Shown piece by piece: positions 8,044 to 17,683 of a stretch of 23,642 bases of DNA. The stretch is from Chlamydiales bacterium (GTDB lineage Bacteria > Chlamydiota > Chlamydiia > Chlamydiales > JBDQID01): NCBI GenBank assembly GCA_047611865.1, contig JBLFWS010000036.1:1-23642 (forward strand). Direction: 5' to 3'. The number at the start of each line of letters is the position of its first letter. Position 1 is the first letter of the stretch. The translations under genes and the position numbers were made by a program. The notes under the pieces were generated by a model. The model ran no database searches. It was not told the DNA's origin and saw only the letters and a list, made by a program, of their open reading frames with translations.

Positions 8044-8742
8044 TCACAGCTTCGTTTGCAAGAAAACGTTACTGTCGCCCCAGTTGAATGTTACGGTGAA
8101 GATTTTTTCTGTACGGAACAGAGCTTCGGCTGTGTAGTCTGAGAGAGGGAAGCTCACCGTCATGATCTTTGTGCCCTTAGGCAAACTCTTAAACTTCTCA
8201 ATCAAAGCAACAATTGTTTCCTTTTCCATTGTAGTGCCGTAGAGATAAAGCATCGTGGCACCAGAATAATCCGTTGAAAGTATATCTTCGTTTCTAAACT
8301 CCACTCCGTCTACTTTAAACCACGATTTTATGAATCTGGCTTTTTCGATGAATGTGGGAATAATTTCAATACCTACTACTTTACATCCAGTGAAGCAGTT
8401 CAACCAAAATGCTGTTTTCCCTCTCCCACAGCCAAGCTCGAATAAAGTATCACTAGAAGAGCATTCTGATTCTTTTGCGATATTTTCCAACGTAGTTAGA
8501 GGTGTTTCTCCATAGTCGTAAATATCCTCTTCTCCTTTATCTAAAAGAAAACATTTACTGATATGAAAAGGACCCCTGAAAAAATACAGTAAGAACATCA
8601 AAAAGTCGATTTTGAAAAACTGAAAATTGCGATAATAACGCACAAAGACTTTGCAATTCTCTACAAGATTACGAGCTCTTACAAGAGTTCCCACGAAAAA
8701 AAGCTCTAGTATCTCTTTGGGTTTAGAAAGGATCTCCGCCAT
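8044..8742 (-). CDS. Class I SAM-dependent methyltransferase, DOT1-like
   Basis: YGET motif, motif I FELGCGRG, VGIE, EDIL, MLYLYGT. Confidence 0.85.
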   Translation of the reverse strand: MAEILSKPKEILELFFVGTLVRARNLVENCKVFVRYYRNFQFFKIDFLMFLLYFFRGPFHISKCFLLDKGEEDIYDYGETPLTTLENIAKESECSSSDTLFELGCGRGKTAFWLNCFTGCKVVGIEIIPTFIEKARFIKSWFKVDGVEFRNEDILSTDYSGATMLYLYGTTMEKETIVALIEKFKSLPKGTKIMTVSFPLSDYTAEALFRTEKIFTVTFNWGDSNVFLQTKL

Positions 8743-8845
8743 AGGAAATTTGTCCGCCTAACAAAAGTTTAAACTTCATCATAGTTTAAGCCGTAATATT
8801 TTCCGTTATTAAAATCCGGTAAACTGGCATTATTCACTGGTTACT

Positions 8846-9010
8846 AGTGCTCTGTCAAACTTAAGATTGGGGGTTGATTTACCGAAATTTTTACGTCTGG
8901 CGAAGCATGGAGATCGAAGTAAACATAGGTATGTTAGTGAGATCTCCATGCTTTGTCAGGCGGAAAAAGATTGGTGAAGACACCCCAAAAATTAAGCTTG
9001 ATAGAGCACT
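8846..9010. mobile_element. 165-bp fold-back palindromic element (MITE-like or structured RNA)
   Basis: Terminal arms AGTGCTCTGTCAAACTTAA / TTAAGCTTGATAGAGCACT (17/19 complementary). Inner arms CGTCTGGCGAAGCATGGAGATC / GATCTCCATGCTTTGTCAGGCG. Apical AACATA/TATGTT. Confidence 0.7.
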
Positions 9011-9042
9011 GATCTAATGCATTAATTTTCCAGGAGCCTAAG

Positions 9043-11205
9043 ATGTCTATAAACTCTTTTAGTAGCTATATTACTCCCCCTGCCTTTGCAAACAATGAAA
9101 GCCTAGCCCAAGAATCCGCTACTATGGCAATTGATGCTCCCCCTGAAACTAGAAAGCGACCCTTGGAGCCCTCAATTGAGCCGAAGGATCTACTTGCACC
9201 TCCAGCAAAGAGAACACAAGCGAGCAAGCAGCCCCCCCCTAACTTTTTCCAACAGGAAATAAACCCTGTTACAGCAAGAGACATACTCGCTAGCATTTCC
9301 CCGACAAAAAAACAGGATTTTCTCCTTTCCTGCCACCCTGACCACCTCACACATTTTATCCCACTCTGTGATTCAGAACTTCTCTACGACGCCATAAACC
9401 TCATGTCTCCCCTTCAAAGACAGTCCGCTTTTACCTCACTTCCGCTGGAAGAACAATTTTCCATTATTCCTGATATTCACCCTACACAGCTTAAAGATCT
9501 TTGCACAACATACACAACCCTTCAACGAGGCTCTGATTGGAAAATTCAATTTAATCATTTCCTGGATGCTATGAGTGAAGAACAACTTAGTGAAACTCTC
9601 CCCCACTTAAGCAGCCAGCAAATTAAAGCCTCCGTTTGCACCTTCACAAGTCGTGAGGCCGTTAAACTTATCTTAGAGAAACTCCCCCCCTCATACCACC
9701 CATATGCTTTAGGCTCCATGTCACCACAACAAAGAGACTTTGCCTGTTTAGTCCTTGCCCCTGATACAATCAAAAGTTTCACCAGATCACTAAATTTTCA
9801 AGCTAGAGAAAAAATTATTGGACACTTAAGAAATTATACTGACAAAGACTTCATAAATGAGCCTTTGGCTCCTTTTGATCTTGCTGCAGCATTATCTGAT
9901 GAGACCCTATATGAAAAGATTATAAGCGTGGCACCTGACTTTTCCCCAGAGTTACTTAAACTTACCGTAGCTTTTGTTCCTGCTGACGACTTCCATGATT
10001 TTGTCGACTGCCTTTCCATTCACCAAATTATCCCTCTACTTCCTTATACCTCTCCTGAACAAATAAAAAATGGGCTTGGATCAATAGGAGAACACGACAC
10101 CCAACTCCTGATCAGACATATGAGTGTAGATCAAATCCGAGCAGGTATTTCAGAACTCGACGGAAAATTACTCAAGGACTGCCTCAATCTTATGAGTTTA
10201 CGTCAGTTAAAAGCCGCCATTGAATGTATGCCAGATTATCATAAAGAGTTTTTTACCACTCCTTTTAAGAACTTACCTTACGATAATTCAGATATTGTAA
10301 GAGAGTTCATCTCTGTTGCCACTCCTGCTGAGATTGCAATAATTATGATGGACAACGAGATACGCGAACAGCTCAAAAGCTTCCTTCATATGATGAGTTA
10401 TGAGCAGTTGAGAATAGGCACTGGCGTACTCATCCCCCGCAAACTTATTGACTTTCTTGAAAATTTAAGCACTCGGCAGAGAAGGGAAGTTATCTCTTCT
10501 ATACCGCAGGAATCAGCTGAGATTTTCAATAAATGCCTCCAACTCCAATCACCCGATTACCTCCTCACATGGGCCATATTAAAAGAAGAGAACACTCAGC
10601 TGCAAAAGCTTTTTTCCTGGTCGAAAAAAGAAATTCGCAACTTTAACCCAGAAAACAACACTCTATCAAAAGGACAAGAACTCTCTAGCTCCCTTCATAA
10701 GTTAATAAGTAAATGCTCTGGCCTGAAAAAAAAGGTTCAGGATCTTCTTCCCAAAATGGAGGTGCTCTTAGCCTTCGCCCAAGCCGGATGGGGTATACAC
10801 CCATTAAAACTTAGAAAAAACTCTGTGAGCAATATTCAAGTATGCGTTAAGCAAATCAGAAATATCATGCAGGATTTAAATGCATCTCAGGCCGACAGCT
10901 TAGCTCATATTCTACAATCCAAACTCCAAAGATGTCAAAATGATGGTTCACACAGCCCCATGTTTTCAGAAATCGAAGCCGTTTATGCTGACAGAAACCA
11001 AACTTGGAATCTATACAATCAAGTAAAGGATGCCCTAATTAATGCAGGAATCACATTAGAGAAACTAGATTCCGTTGATGTCAGTTGGGAAGAAATTATT
11101 GCCTCTGGAGTGAAAAACACAGAGGACCTCGAAAGACTTAATATCAAATCTGCCGAGGACCTGCAAAGGCACATACAGAGTTTTGGTAATTCTGAGAGTG
11201 ATTAA
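9043..11205 (+). CDS. Hypothetical 12-residue helical-repeat protein, candidate T3SS effector
   Basis: AGGAG ribosome-binding site; Ser/Pro-rich disordered N-terminus; more than 20 units such as MSEEQLSETLPH/LSSQQIKASVCT; C-terminal coiled coil. Confidence 0.8.
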   Translation: MSINSFSSYITPPAFANNESLAQESATMAIDAPPETRKRPLEPSIEPKDLLAPPAKRTQASKQPPPNFFQQEINPVTARDILASISPTKKQDFLLSCHPDHLTHFIPLCDSELLYDAINLMSPLQRQSAFTSLPLEEQFSIIPDIHPTQLKDLCTTYTTLQRGSDWKIQFNHFLDAMSEEQLSETLPHLSSQQIKASVCTFTSREAVKLILEKLPPSYHPYALGSMSPQQRDFACLVLAPDTIKSFTRSLNFQAREKIIGHLRNYTDKDFINEPLAPFDLAAALSDETLYEKIISVAPDFSPELLKLTVAFVPADDFHDFVDCLSIHQIIPLLPYTSPEQIKNGLGSIGEHDTQLLIRHMSVDQIRAGISELDGKLLKDCLNLMSLRQLKAAIECMPDYHKEFFTTPFKNLPYDNSDIVREFISVATPAEIAIIMMDNEIREQLKSFLHMMSYEQLRIGTGVLIPRKLIDFLENLSTRQRREVISSIPQESAEIFNKCLQLQSPDYLLTWAILKEENTQLQKLFSWSKKEIRNFNPENNTLSKGQELSSSLHKLISKCSGLKKKVQDLLPKMEVLLAFAQAGWGIHPLKLRKNSVSNIQVCVKQIRNIMQDLNASQADSLAHILQSKLQRCQNDGSHSPMFSEIEAVYADRNQTWNLYNQVKDALINAGITLEKLDSVDVSWEEIIASGVKNTEDLERLNIKSAEDLQRHIQSFGNSESD

Positions 11206-11606
11206 AACTTATTAATATATGCGAAAGTAAGCTCGCTGAAGGGTTCTTCATCAAAAAGATCTGCCCATTCCTTGGAAAGCCAGGAAAACTCGTCTAGGAG
11301 TTCAGTAAACCGTGCGTAATTGAGTTGATCGAGGGGCTCTTCAAAGCTTAGATAAACAGCTTGCTCTTCATCGACAATAGAGGCTGTAGCCCTAGGAAGA
11401 CCTGCACCTAAAACGACCTCAACCGAAGCCTGCTGGCGAATAGCCTCACTTAATTGAGTAGATGAATATATTGGAGCTGAAAATACAAGACATGCTGTCT
11501 CATCATTTACCGTACAGGTAACTGATACCTTATTAACTACTATGGAACCTAAATAACTAGATACTGATCTTTCGAACAAAGCCCCTATTACATTCATACT
11601 GTCCAT
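11202..11606 (-). CDS. Class I (CesT/SycE-fold) T3SS chaperone-like protein
   Basis: 134 aa, acidic, GAGG ribosome-binding site; beta-strand core and C-terminal VYL....L..LNYARFTELLDEFSWLSKEW amphipathic helix typical of the fold. Confidence 0.65.
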   Translation of the reverse strand: MDSMNVIGALFERSVSSYLGSIVVNKVSVTCTVNDETACLVFSAPIYSSTQLSEAIRQQASVEVVLGAGLPRATASIVDEEQAVYLSFEEPLDQLNYARFTELLDEFSWLSKEWADLFDEEPFSELTFAYINKF

Positions 11607-11743
11607 AAGTCTACCTCGCCTATTTTTTATTTAATACCCCTATGTTATCACATGAATTCGTAAGTTTTATTAAGGATCAGTAAAACTTACTTAAATTTAA
11701 TTATGTATATTTGTTAAGAAAACTGTTGGCTGTGAATAAACAC

Positions 11744-11771
11744 AAAAAAAGCCCGGTAAAACCGGGCTTTT
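11744..11771 (-). terminator. Intrinsic terminator of typA (bidirectional geometry)
   Basis: AAAAAAA-GCCCGGT-AAA-ACCGGGC-TTTT. Confidence 0.9.
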
Positions 11772-11830
11772 ATCACTATTAGGACTTTTAAAGCCATTTA
11801 AAGCTTTTTAGGCCTAATTTTAAGCTCTTT

Positions 11831-13660
11831 TTAGACTTTCGCTACTACTCTTGAAGTCCTTTTACGGTCATTTTCATCAAGCTGAGTCTTTCTAACGCGA
11901 ATAATTCGTGGAGTAACCTCTACAAGTTCATCGTTTTCGATGAAGTCAATAGCCTCTTCCAGAGAGAGTTTTCTTGGAGGAGTAAGGATTATGGCTTCGT
12001 CTTTACCTGAAGCTCGGACGTTTGACATCGCCTTTCCTTTTACGATATTCACTACCATATCATTTTCCCGGCTATTTTCACCGACAACGAGGCCTTCATA
12101 GGCAGCGTCACCTGGTTCAACAAACATAGTACCTCTTGCCTGAAGGTTAAAGCAGGCAAACGAGTTTACCTGTCCATCAGACATAGATACCAGAACACCC
12201 CTTTTACGACCGGTAATAGCGCCTCTCCAAGGAGCAAAAGTATCAAATATCGATGTCAGGATTCCAAGACCCTTTGTCGCGGTTAGAAACTCACTACGAT
12301 ATCCCATTAGACCACGGGTGGGGAGAAGGAACTCCATTTTGCTAATGCCGTGCTCATTTGTACTGAGAGCCTGAAGCTCACCTTTACGTCGTGACAGTTC
12401 TTCAATTACCGTACCTGAGAATTCTTCAGGAACTTCAATATGCACACGCTCGATAGGCTCATTCTTCACTCCATCAATCACTTTGATGACAACCTTAGGC
12501 TTAGAAATAGTCATTTCATAGCCTTCTCTTCGCATAGCTTCGATCAAAACGGCGAGGTGAAGTTCACCACGGCCTGCAACAGTTACTTTTTCTGTAATGG
12601 AATTCTCCAACTCAATGTTCAGAGATACGTTAGCACGCTTTTCTCGGGTGAGACGCTCACGTATTTTCCCCATTGTGATGTGTTTCCCATCACGACCAGC
12701 CAATGGACCGGAATTTACCATGAAATCAACGGAAACCGTTGGCTCGTCAATAACAATAGGTTCGAGGACTTTTTTGTTCTCTGGATCACAGATTGTATCA
12801 CCGATCATCACATCTTCAATACCCGACAAACTGACGATATCTCCAACTCCTGCCACATCCATTTCAATCTTTTGCAAGCCAAGGTATCCCTCAACACGAG
12901 TAATACGCTTATTAGTGACCTCTCCATCTTTGGAGATATGCTGGATTACTTGACCTTTCTTAATGCTTCCGCCCAGAATACGGCCACAAGCCTGTCTGCC
13001 TACAAAATCGTCATAGACGATACTTGCCGCTTGCATAACGAAAGGAGCGTCATCATCTCCTTCTGGGGCTGGAACAGCCTCAACGATCAGCTCAAACATA
13101 GGACGCATATCCACTCGCTCATCATCGAGTTCTCTCATAGCGAAACCTGCAAGTCCTGAGCCATAACAATAGGCGAAATCTAACTGCTCATCAGTAGCAC
13201 CGAGCTCAGTAAAGAGATCAAATGTTTCATTCAATACTCTGTCAGGATCTGCGTGGGGCCTATCAATTTTGTTCATAACTACGATTGGACGGAGTCCCAT
13301 CTGCAGGGCTTTGGATAACACAAAACGCGTCTGAGGCATTGGGCCTTCCTGGGCATCTACAAGTAGGAGAACTGAATTAACCATTCCCAAAACTCGCTCT
13401 ACCTCACCGGAAAAGTCCGCGTGTCCAGGTGTATCTATCAAATTAATTTTATACTCACCGAAATGTAAAGAGGTGTGTTTGGAGAAAATGGTAATTCCCC
13501 GCTCTTTCTCCTGGTCATAAGAATCCATGACTCTTTCGGGGATGACTTCATTCTCTCGGAACACCTCTGACTGCCGTAAAAGGCTATCAAGAAGAGTTGT
13601 TTTTCCATGATCAATATGAGCAATAATCGCTACATTACGGATTTTACTTGATGTGTACAT
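11831..13660 (-). CDS. typA: Translational GTPase TypA/BipA
   Basis: [49 protein letters not shown]-terminal [13 protein letters not shown]. Confidence 0.98.
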   Translation of the reverse strand: MYTSSKIRNVAIIAHIDHGKTTLLDSLLRQSEVFRENEVIPERVMDSYDQEKERGITIFSKHTSLHFGEYKINLIDTPGHADFSGEVERVLGMVNSVLLLVDAQEGPMPQTRFVLSKALQMGLRPIVVMNKIDRPHADPDRVLNETFDLFTELGATDEQLDFAYCYGSGLAGFAMRELDDERVDMRPMFELIVEAVPAPEGDDDAPFVMQAASIVYDDFVGRQACGRILGGSIKKGQVIQHISKDGEVTNKRITRVEGYLGLQKIEMDVAGVGDIVSLSGIEDVMIGDTICDPENKKVLEPIVIDEPTVSVDFMVNSGPLAGRDGKHITMGKIRERLTREKRANVSLNIELENSITEKVTVAGRGELHLAVLIEAMRREGYEMTISKPKVVIKVIDGVKNEPIERVHIEVPEEFSGTVIEELSRRKGELQALSTNEHGISKMEFLLPTRGLMGYRSEFLTATKGLGILTSIFDTFAPWRGAITGRKRGVLVSMSDGQVNSFACFNLQARGTMFVEPGDAAYEGLVVGENSRENDMVVNIVKGKAMSNVRASGKDEAIILTPPRKLSLEEAIDFIENDELVEVTPRIIRVRKTQLDENDRKRTSRVVAKV

Positions 13661-13710
13661 AGGCCCTGACTGTTCTTATTTAAATTGTTTTTCTAATATA
13701 ACTAGAAAAT

Positions 13711-13739
13711 ATTATATTCTTGTTAGTTATTAAATTCAA
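13711..13739 (-). promoter_or_regulatory. sigma66/sigma70 promoter of typA
   Basis: Minus strand TTGAAT-N17-TATAAT, 50 nt upstream of the ATG. Confidence 0.75.
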
Positions 13740-13782
13740 GCCCTCTTAAATCTTATATTCAGAAAAAAACAATACTCTTCTC

Positions 13783-13811
13783 TTGATTCCATAATACTTT
13801 TTAAGTATACT
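13783..13811 (+). promoter_or_regulatory. sigma66/sigma70 promoter of mgtE (divergent from typA)
   Basis: TTGATT-N17-TATACT. Confidence 0.65.
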
Positions 13812-13882
13812 CATGCCTCTCTTGCAGTAGATTAAAGAACAGAACCTTACGAACCCCCTCGTTACTTTTGAGGAGGCTACCC

Positions 13883-15370
13883 GTGGACACAACAAGTCAC
13901 GATGAGATAGAAGAGCGAATACAAGCTGAAGAATCTCAACCCTCCACCGGAAATTTAATGGACTCAAAAACGAGTCAACTTGACGATATGCTTAATGAAA
14001 AGCTTGAAGAAGCTCTTCATAAGCCTACTGCAATGATACGTCTCCACGAAGTGGCTAAAATAGCCAGTGAACACACCCCCATTGACTTAGCCTATGCAGC
14101 ATCCCGTCTCCCCTTTAGCGCTCGCCCCATACTCTATGAGAATCTCCCTGATCTTGAGGCCAAAACAGAGTTTATGGCTAACACCAATAAGAACACCCGC
14201 TCTGTAATCTTCCGCAGCCTGGAAGATGATGAAATTGCGGATCTTATCGAGTGGGCACCCCCTGATGAGGGTGTGTGGATGCTGGAAGACATTCCTGAAA
14301 GGCGCGTAGCCCGTATCTTAGCCCTCATGGAGCCTAAAAAGGCCTCTTACATCAGCGATCTTAAAAAGCACAGCCAATATAGTGCCGGTCGCCTGATGAG
14401 TAATGAATTCTTTGCTTTTGAGATGGAAGCTACTATTGGTGAAGCCGCTGCACAGATTCGCGACAACCCCGGAATTGACCTTACCAGACGCATATTCGTC
14501 CTAAATAAAGACGGAGAGCTCCAGGGTCATGTGCCTGCACGTAACCTTATAATCAACCCCCCCTATGTCCCCTTGCGTCAAGTTATGCGTCCCATTTTGC
14601 ATAAAATCACCCCTGATGTGTCCCGTGATGAGGTGGTTGATATGGTAGAGCGTTACAAAATCCCAGCATTGCCTGTCGTAAATCAGAGTAACTTCCTTTT
14701 AGGGGTTATCACCTATGAAGATGTTGTGGAAGCCATCGAAGAAATTACCGATGCTACCTTTGCTCGCCTAGCCGGTACCGCTGAAGATGTTGGTGAAGAA
14801 GAACTCACCATAAAGAAATTTCTCTCAAGGGCTCCCTGGCTTATTGTCACCCTACTAGCAGGTCTTGTCAGCGTTACAGCTATGTCTTATGCTGAACAAG
14901 CCAATGAAGCCTGGTTTACCTCATTCCTTTTTGTAGTTCCTCTGGTAACGGGAATGTCCGGAAACGTGGGCGTACAGTGCAGCACTGTTCTAGTGCGCAG
15001 CATGGCCACAGGACTACTATCTGCAGGAACAAGGCTGGAAGCCGTCAAAAAGGAAATGATACTTGGAGTATGCACCGGAATAGTCTTCGGACTTCTAGGA
15101 GCCGTACTCGTACACTCATTCAACATACTAGGCATTCACGAAAATGGCCCTTCAGCAGTCGTTGTAGCTGGCATCGTCGGAACAGGGATATTTGGAGCGT
15201 GTATCACAGCATCCACCCTAGGAGTCCTAGCCCCCCTCTTTTTCGCTCGACTAGGAGTAGATCCCGCCATAGCCGCCGGCCCAATAGTCACAGCCTTTAA
15301 CGACGTTCTCTCCACAATAATGTACATCATCATCGCACGTCTCGTCAGCGGGATGTTCGTTCCCCTCTGA
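13883..15370 (+). CDS. mgtE: Magnesium transporter MgtE
   Basis: N-domain repeats, CBS pair (SAGRLM, LPVVN...LLGVITYEDV), RAPWL, GMSGNVGVQ, DPAIAAGPIVTAFND. Start set at GTG 13883 after AGGAGG; alternative ATG 13958. Confidence 0.96.
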   Translation: MDTTSHDEIEERIQAEESQPSTGNLMDSKTSQLDDMLNEKLEEALHKPTAMIRLHEVAKIASEHTPIDLAYAASRLPFSARPILYENLPDLEAKTEFMANTNKNTRSVIFRSLEDDEIADLIEWAPPDEGVWMLEDIPERRVARILALMEPKKASYISDLKKHSQYSAGRLMSNEFFAFEMEATIGEAAAQIRDNPGIDLTRRIFVLNKDGELQGHVPARNLIINPPYVPLRQVMRPILHKITPDVSRDEVVDMVERYKIPALPVVNQSNFLLGVITYEDVVEAIEEITDATFARLAGTAEDVGEEELTIKKFLSRAPWLIVTLLAGLVSVTAMSYAEQANEAWFTSFLFVVPLVTGMSGNVGVQCSTVLVRSMATGLLSAGTRLEAVKKEMILGVCTGIVFGLLGAVLVHSFNILGIHENGPSAVVVAGIVGTGIFGACITASTLGVLAPLFFARLGVDPAIAAGPIVTAFNDVLSTIMYIIIARLVSGMFVPL

Positions 15371-15378
15371 AAAAAAAA

Positions 15379-15425
15379 GGGGTTTCACCCCAAACCCCAC
15401 CAAAGGGCCAGCCCTCTGGACACCC
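15379..15425 (-). repeat. REP-like double hairpin between convergent genes
   Basis: GGGGT-TTC-ACCCC followed by CCAAAGGGC-CA-GCCCTCTGG; GAA triloop and G-T wobble fall on the minus strand. Confidence 0.55.
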
Positions 15426-15520
15426 ATTTAGTGTATTATGCTCTAAGAATCCTTTTCTAAAGTCAGACAGCAAATGAGTTTTAGAGCGACTAATCCCTCT
15501 CTAAGGGGTTCTAGGAAAAA

Positions 15521-17593
15521 TTAACGCTCGTCTTCTTCTCCAGTTTTGCTAGTGAGATAGCTGACAAAATTACGAAAACGCTCCGTAGTACGTAACCCAT
15601 CAAGCCATTCATCATCCATCAGGTCTTTCATTGATGGCAAAGCGTCATGATGATCTGCCCGTTCAATGAACTGCATAGCCGCATCATAGTGGCCGTTGAT
15701 AGAATGTAAACAGGCCAGAGGGTAAAAGGAATGTAAATTCCCGAGAGCCGCTGCATGCCTGAGTTTATTTTCCGCATCTTGACAGAGAACGGCAAACTCA
15801 TCTGTGTCGGTATCATCAAAAAACAAATGCGCTTGATTCAGCAGGGATAATCCCCACTCGTTCCATGCCATCTCATCTTCCTGATCTTTCAGGACAATAC
15901 TATGATAATATTCATTAGCTTTCTGGTAACATTCCTGAGAGCCTCCAGCCTCACCCATGTGAGACAATGCCAAAGCAAGATTATATCGAGCATTAGAATA
16001 ACTTGGATCAAGAGTTAGAACATTAGATAAAACTTGAACTGCACGTTCGTAGTGAGCTTCCTCATCGGTAAAGTCACCAAGAATGTCAAAGGCACATCCA
16101 TAATGATATAAACACTCAATATCTACATTCCCATTATTTGCCAGATGTGGGTTTTTTTCGAACGTGCCAATAGCAGCTTCAATATATTCTTGTTCTCCTG
16201 TAGCCTCACACATTTTCATAAGGGCTACCCCCCAGTCTTTCCAGAGTTGGGTAAAAGAGACCTCGAGTTCCTCTACCTTAGCAAAGCATCCAATAGATCT
16301 TTCGAGAAGAAAGACATCTTCATAAACTTCTGCCAATGAAAAGTAAGACATGCCCAAGCCATACCACAGGAGGGGATGGTTTTTATTGAGAGAAAGACCA
16401 TATTGAAACTTCTCCACTGCATCACTGTAGTATTCTTCATGTCCAAAGTAGCCACCAAGTTCATTCAAACATGTACCATAGGCGTACCATGTATCGGGAT
16501 TTTCCGGAGCAACAGCTAGGCTATTAAGAATTTTAGCCTCTGCTTCTTTGAGGAGCTTCAAATCTTTTGAGCTTTCTCCCAAAATTAGAAGAGCCTCTCC
16601 CCAGCGGTTCAGGACACTAGGGTGCTCCTTTTCACACTCATCAGCTTTTTGAAATTTGTTGAGGCTTTCTTTTATCCACTGTCGACTTCTTTTAATTTTC
16701 CCTACAGTCAGAAATAGCTCTCCCCATTTCAACCATAAACTAAGATTACTAGAATCAATTTTAGAAGCTTTGACAAAGGCTTCGTGAGATTTTGTGATGT
16801 ATTCATTTTTCAAAGTGAAGTGATACATTTTTTGTGCCGTACAAGCTACATTGAGCCACCCTTCGAAGAGGTCAGGAGCTCTTACCACACATTTGCCATA
16901 AAATCCCAAGGCTTTTTCGAAAAGTTCCACCCTACTAATAAGGCTTCCCATTTCTACGAGGGCATTACCGTAATCATTCCAAAAAAGTGGTGAAGGACTG
17001 TTTTCTTCATTAACTTGCTCGAACTTAGATATCGCTTCTCGGAAGTCACATGCCTCACCAGAAAACTTGCCAAGAAAGCAGCAGCAACGTCCCCATTGCC
17101 ACATAAGATCGGCACGTTTTTTTGGGTCGACATCCTCAGGACACAGTTCTAAGGACTTTTCATATTTTTCGTAAGCTTTGCGGAAAAGTTCAGGAGTCTG
17201 ATGAGTGATTCCCAAATATAAGTGAACATTGGCTAGGTGAAAACTTGCATCGAAGTTAAAAGGATTAAGTTGAAGAACTTTCTTAAAAGCATGCTCAGCC
17301 TGTCTCAAGCTTTTGGAATTAAAACGTTTTTTTGCATAGTTATACCAACACATACCCAGGCGATAGAGTACGTCAACGCTATACGGAGCTGCTTTTGAAA
17401 CAAGCTTAAGAATATCAAGGGCTTCGTTATCCCCTTTTTTCAAAAGCTTTTCTCCCCACATAACTAGGAGAAGACCGAGACGCTCTCTTTCCTTAAGGGA
17501 TAAAGGGTCCCAGGTAGACGGCTCGCAAAACGGCTTAAGCTTTGCGAAATCCTTGTTCTCATGAATTTCTCGTAATGTCTCGTTTTCAGTCAT
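15521..17593 (-). CDS. Tetratricopeptide-repeat protein
   Basis: Many W..WG.AL...G...A...F..A....P units and a terminal Y.LAC..S..G..D.A...I.RA...D..LD.LR...RF cap. Confidence 0.9.
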   Translation of the reverse strand: MTENETLREIHENKDFAKLKPFCEPSTWDPLSLKERERLGLLLVMWGEKLLKKGDNEALDILKLVSKAAPYSVDVLYRLGMCWYNYAKKRFNSKSLRQAEHAFKKVLQLNPFNFDASFHLANVHLYLGITHQTPELFRKAYEKYEKSLELCPEDVDPKKRADLMWQWGRCCCFLGKFSGEACDFREAISKFEQVNEENSPSPLFWNDYGNALVEMGSLISRVELFEKALGFYGKCVVRAPDLFEGWLNVACTAQKMYHFTLKNEYITKSHEAFVKASKIDSSNLSLWLKWGELFLTVGKIKRSRQWIKESLNKFQKADECEKEHPSVLNRWGEALLILGESSKDLKLLKEAEAKILNSLAVAPENPDTWYAYGTCLNELGGYFGHEEYYSDAVEKFQYGLSLNKNHPLLWYGLGMSYFSLAEVYEDVFLLERSIGCFAKVEELEVSFTQLWKDWGVALMKMCEATGEQEYIEAAIGTFEKNPHLANNGNVDIECLYHYGCAFDILGDFTDEEAHYERAVQVLSNVLTLDPSYSNARYNLALALSHMGEAGGSQECYQKANEYYHSIVLKDQEDEMAWNEWGLSLLNQAHLFFDDTDTDEFAVLCQDAENKLRHAAALGNLHSFYPLACLHSINGHYDAAMQFIERADHHDALPSMKDLMDDEWLDGLRTTERFRNFVSYLTSKTGEEDER

Positions 17594-17683
17594 CGTAATA
17601 TCGTGTATGTTAAGAGTTTAGCAAATTCCAATAAAAGAATGTGCTGTTGGTACCCCTCTAATTATCAACCCACTCATTTCGGG

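Noticed and set aside
8825..8840. sigma54 promoter upstream of the 720-aa gene
   Set aside because: TGGCAT is present but there is no TTGC at the -12 position.
8846..9010. 6S RNA call
   Set aside because: Length and hairpin shape fit loosely, but there is no large central bubble and the ends look like terminal inverted repeats. Not called without an Rfam search.
12440..13159. 239-aa plus-strand ORF and the other short ORFs in the track overlapping known genes
   Set aside because: Antisense or alternative-frame shadows of conserved genes such as typA, without ribosome-binding sites or protein-like features.
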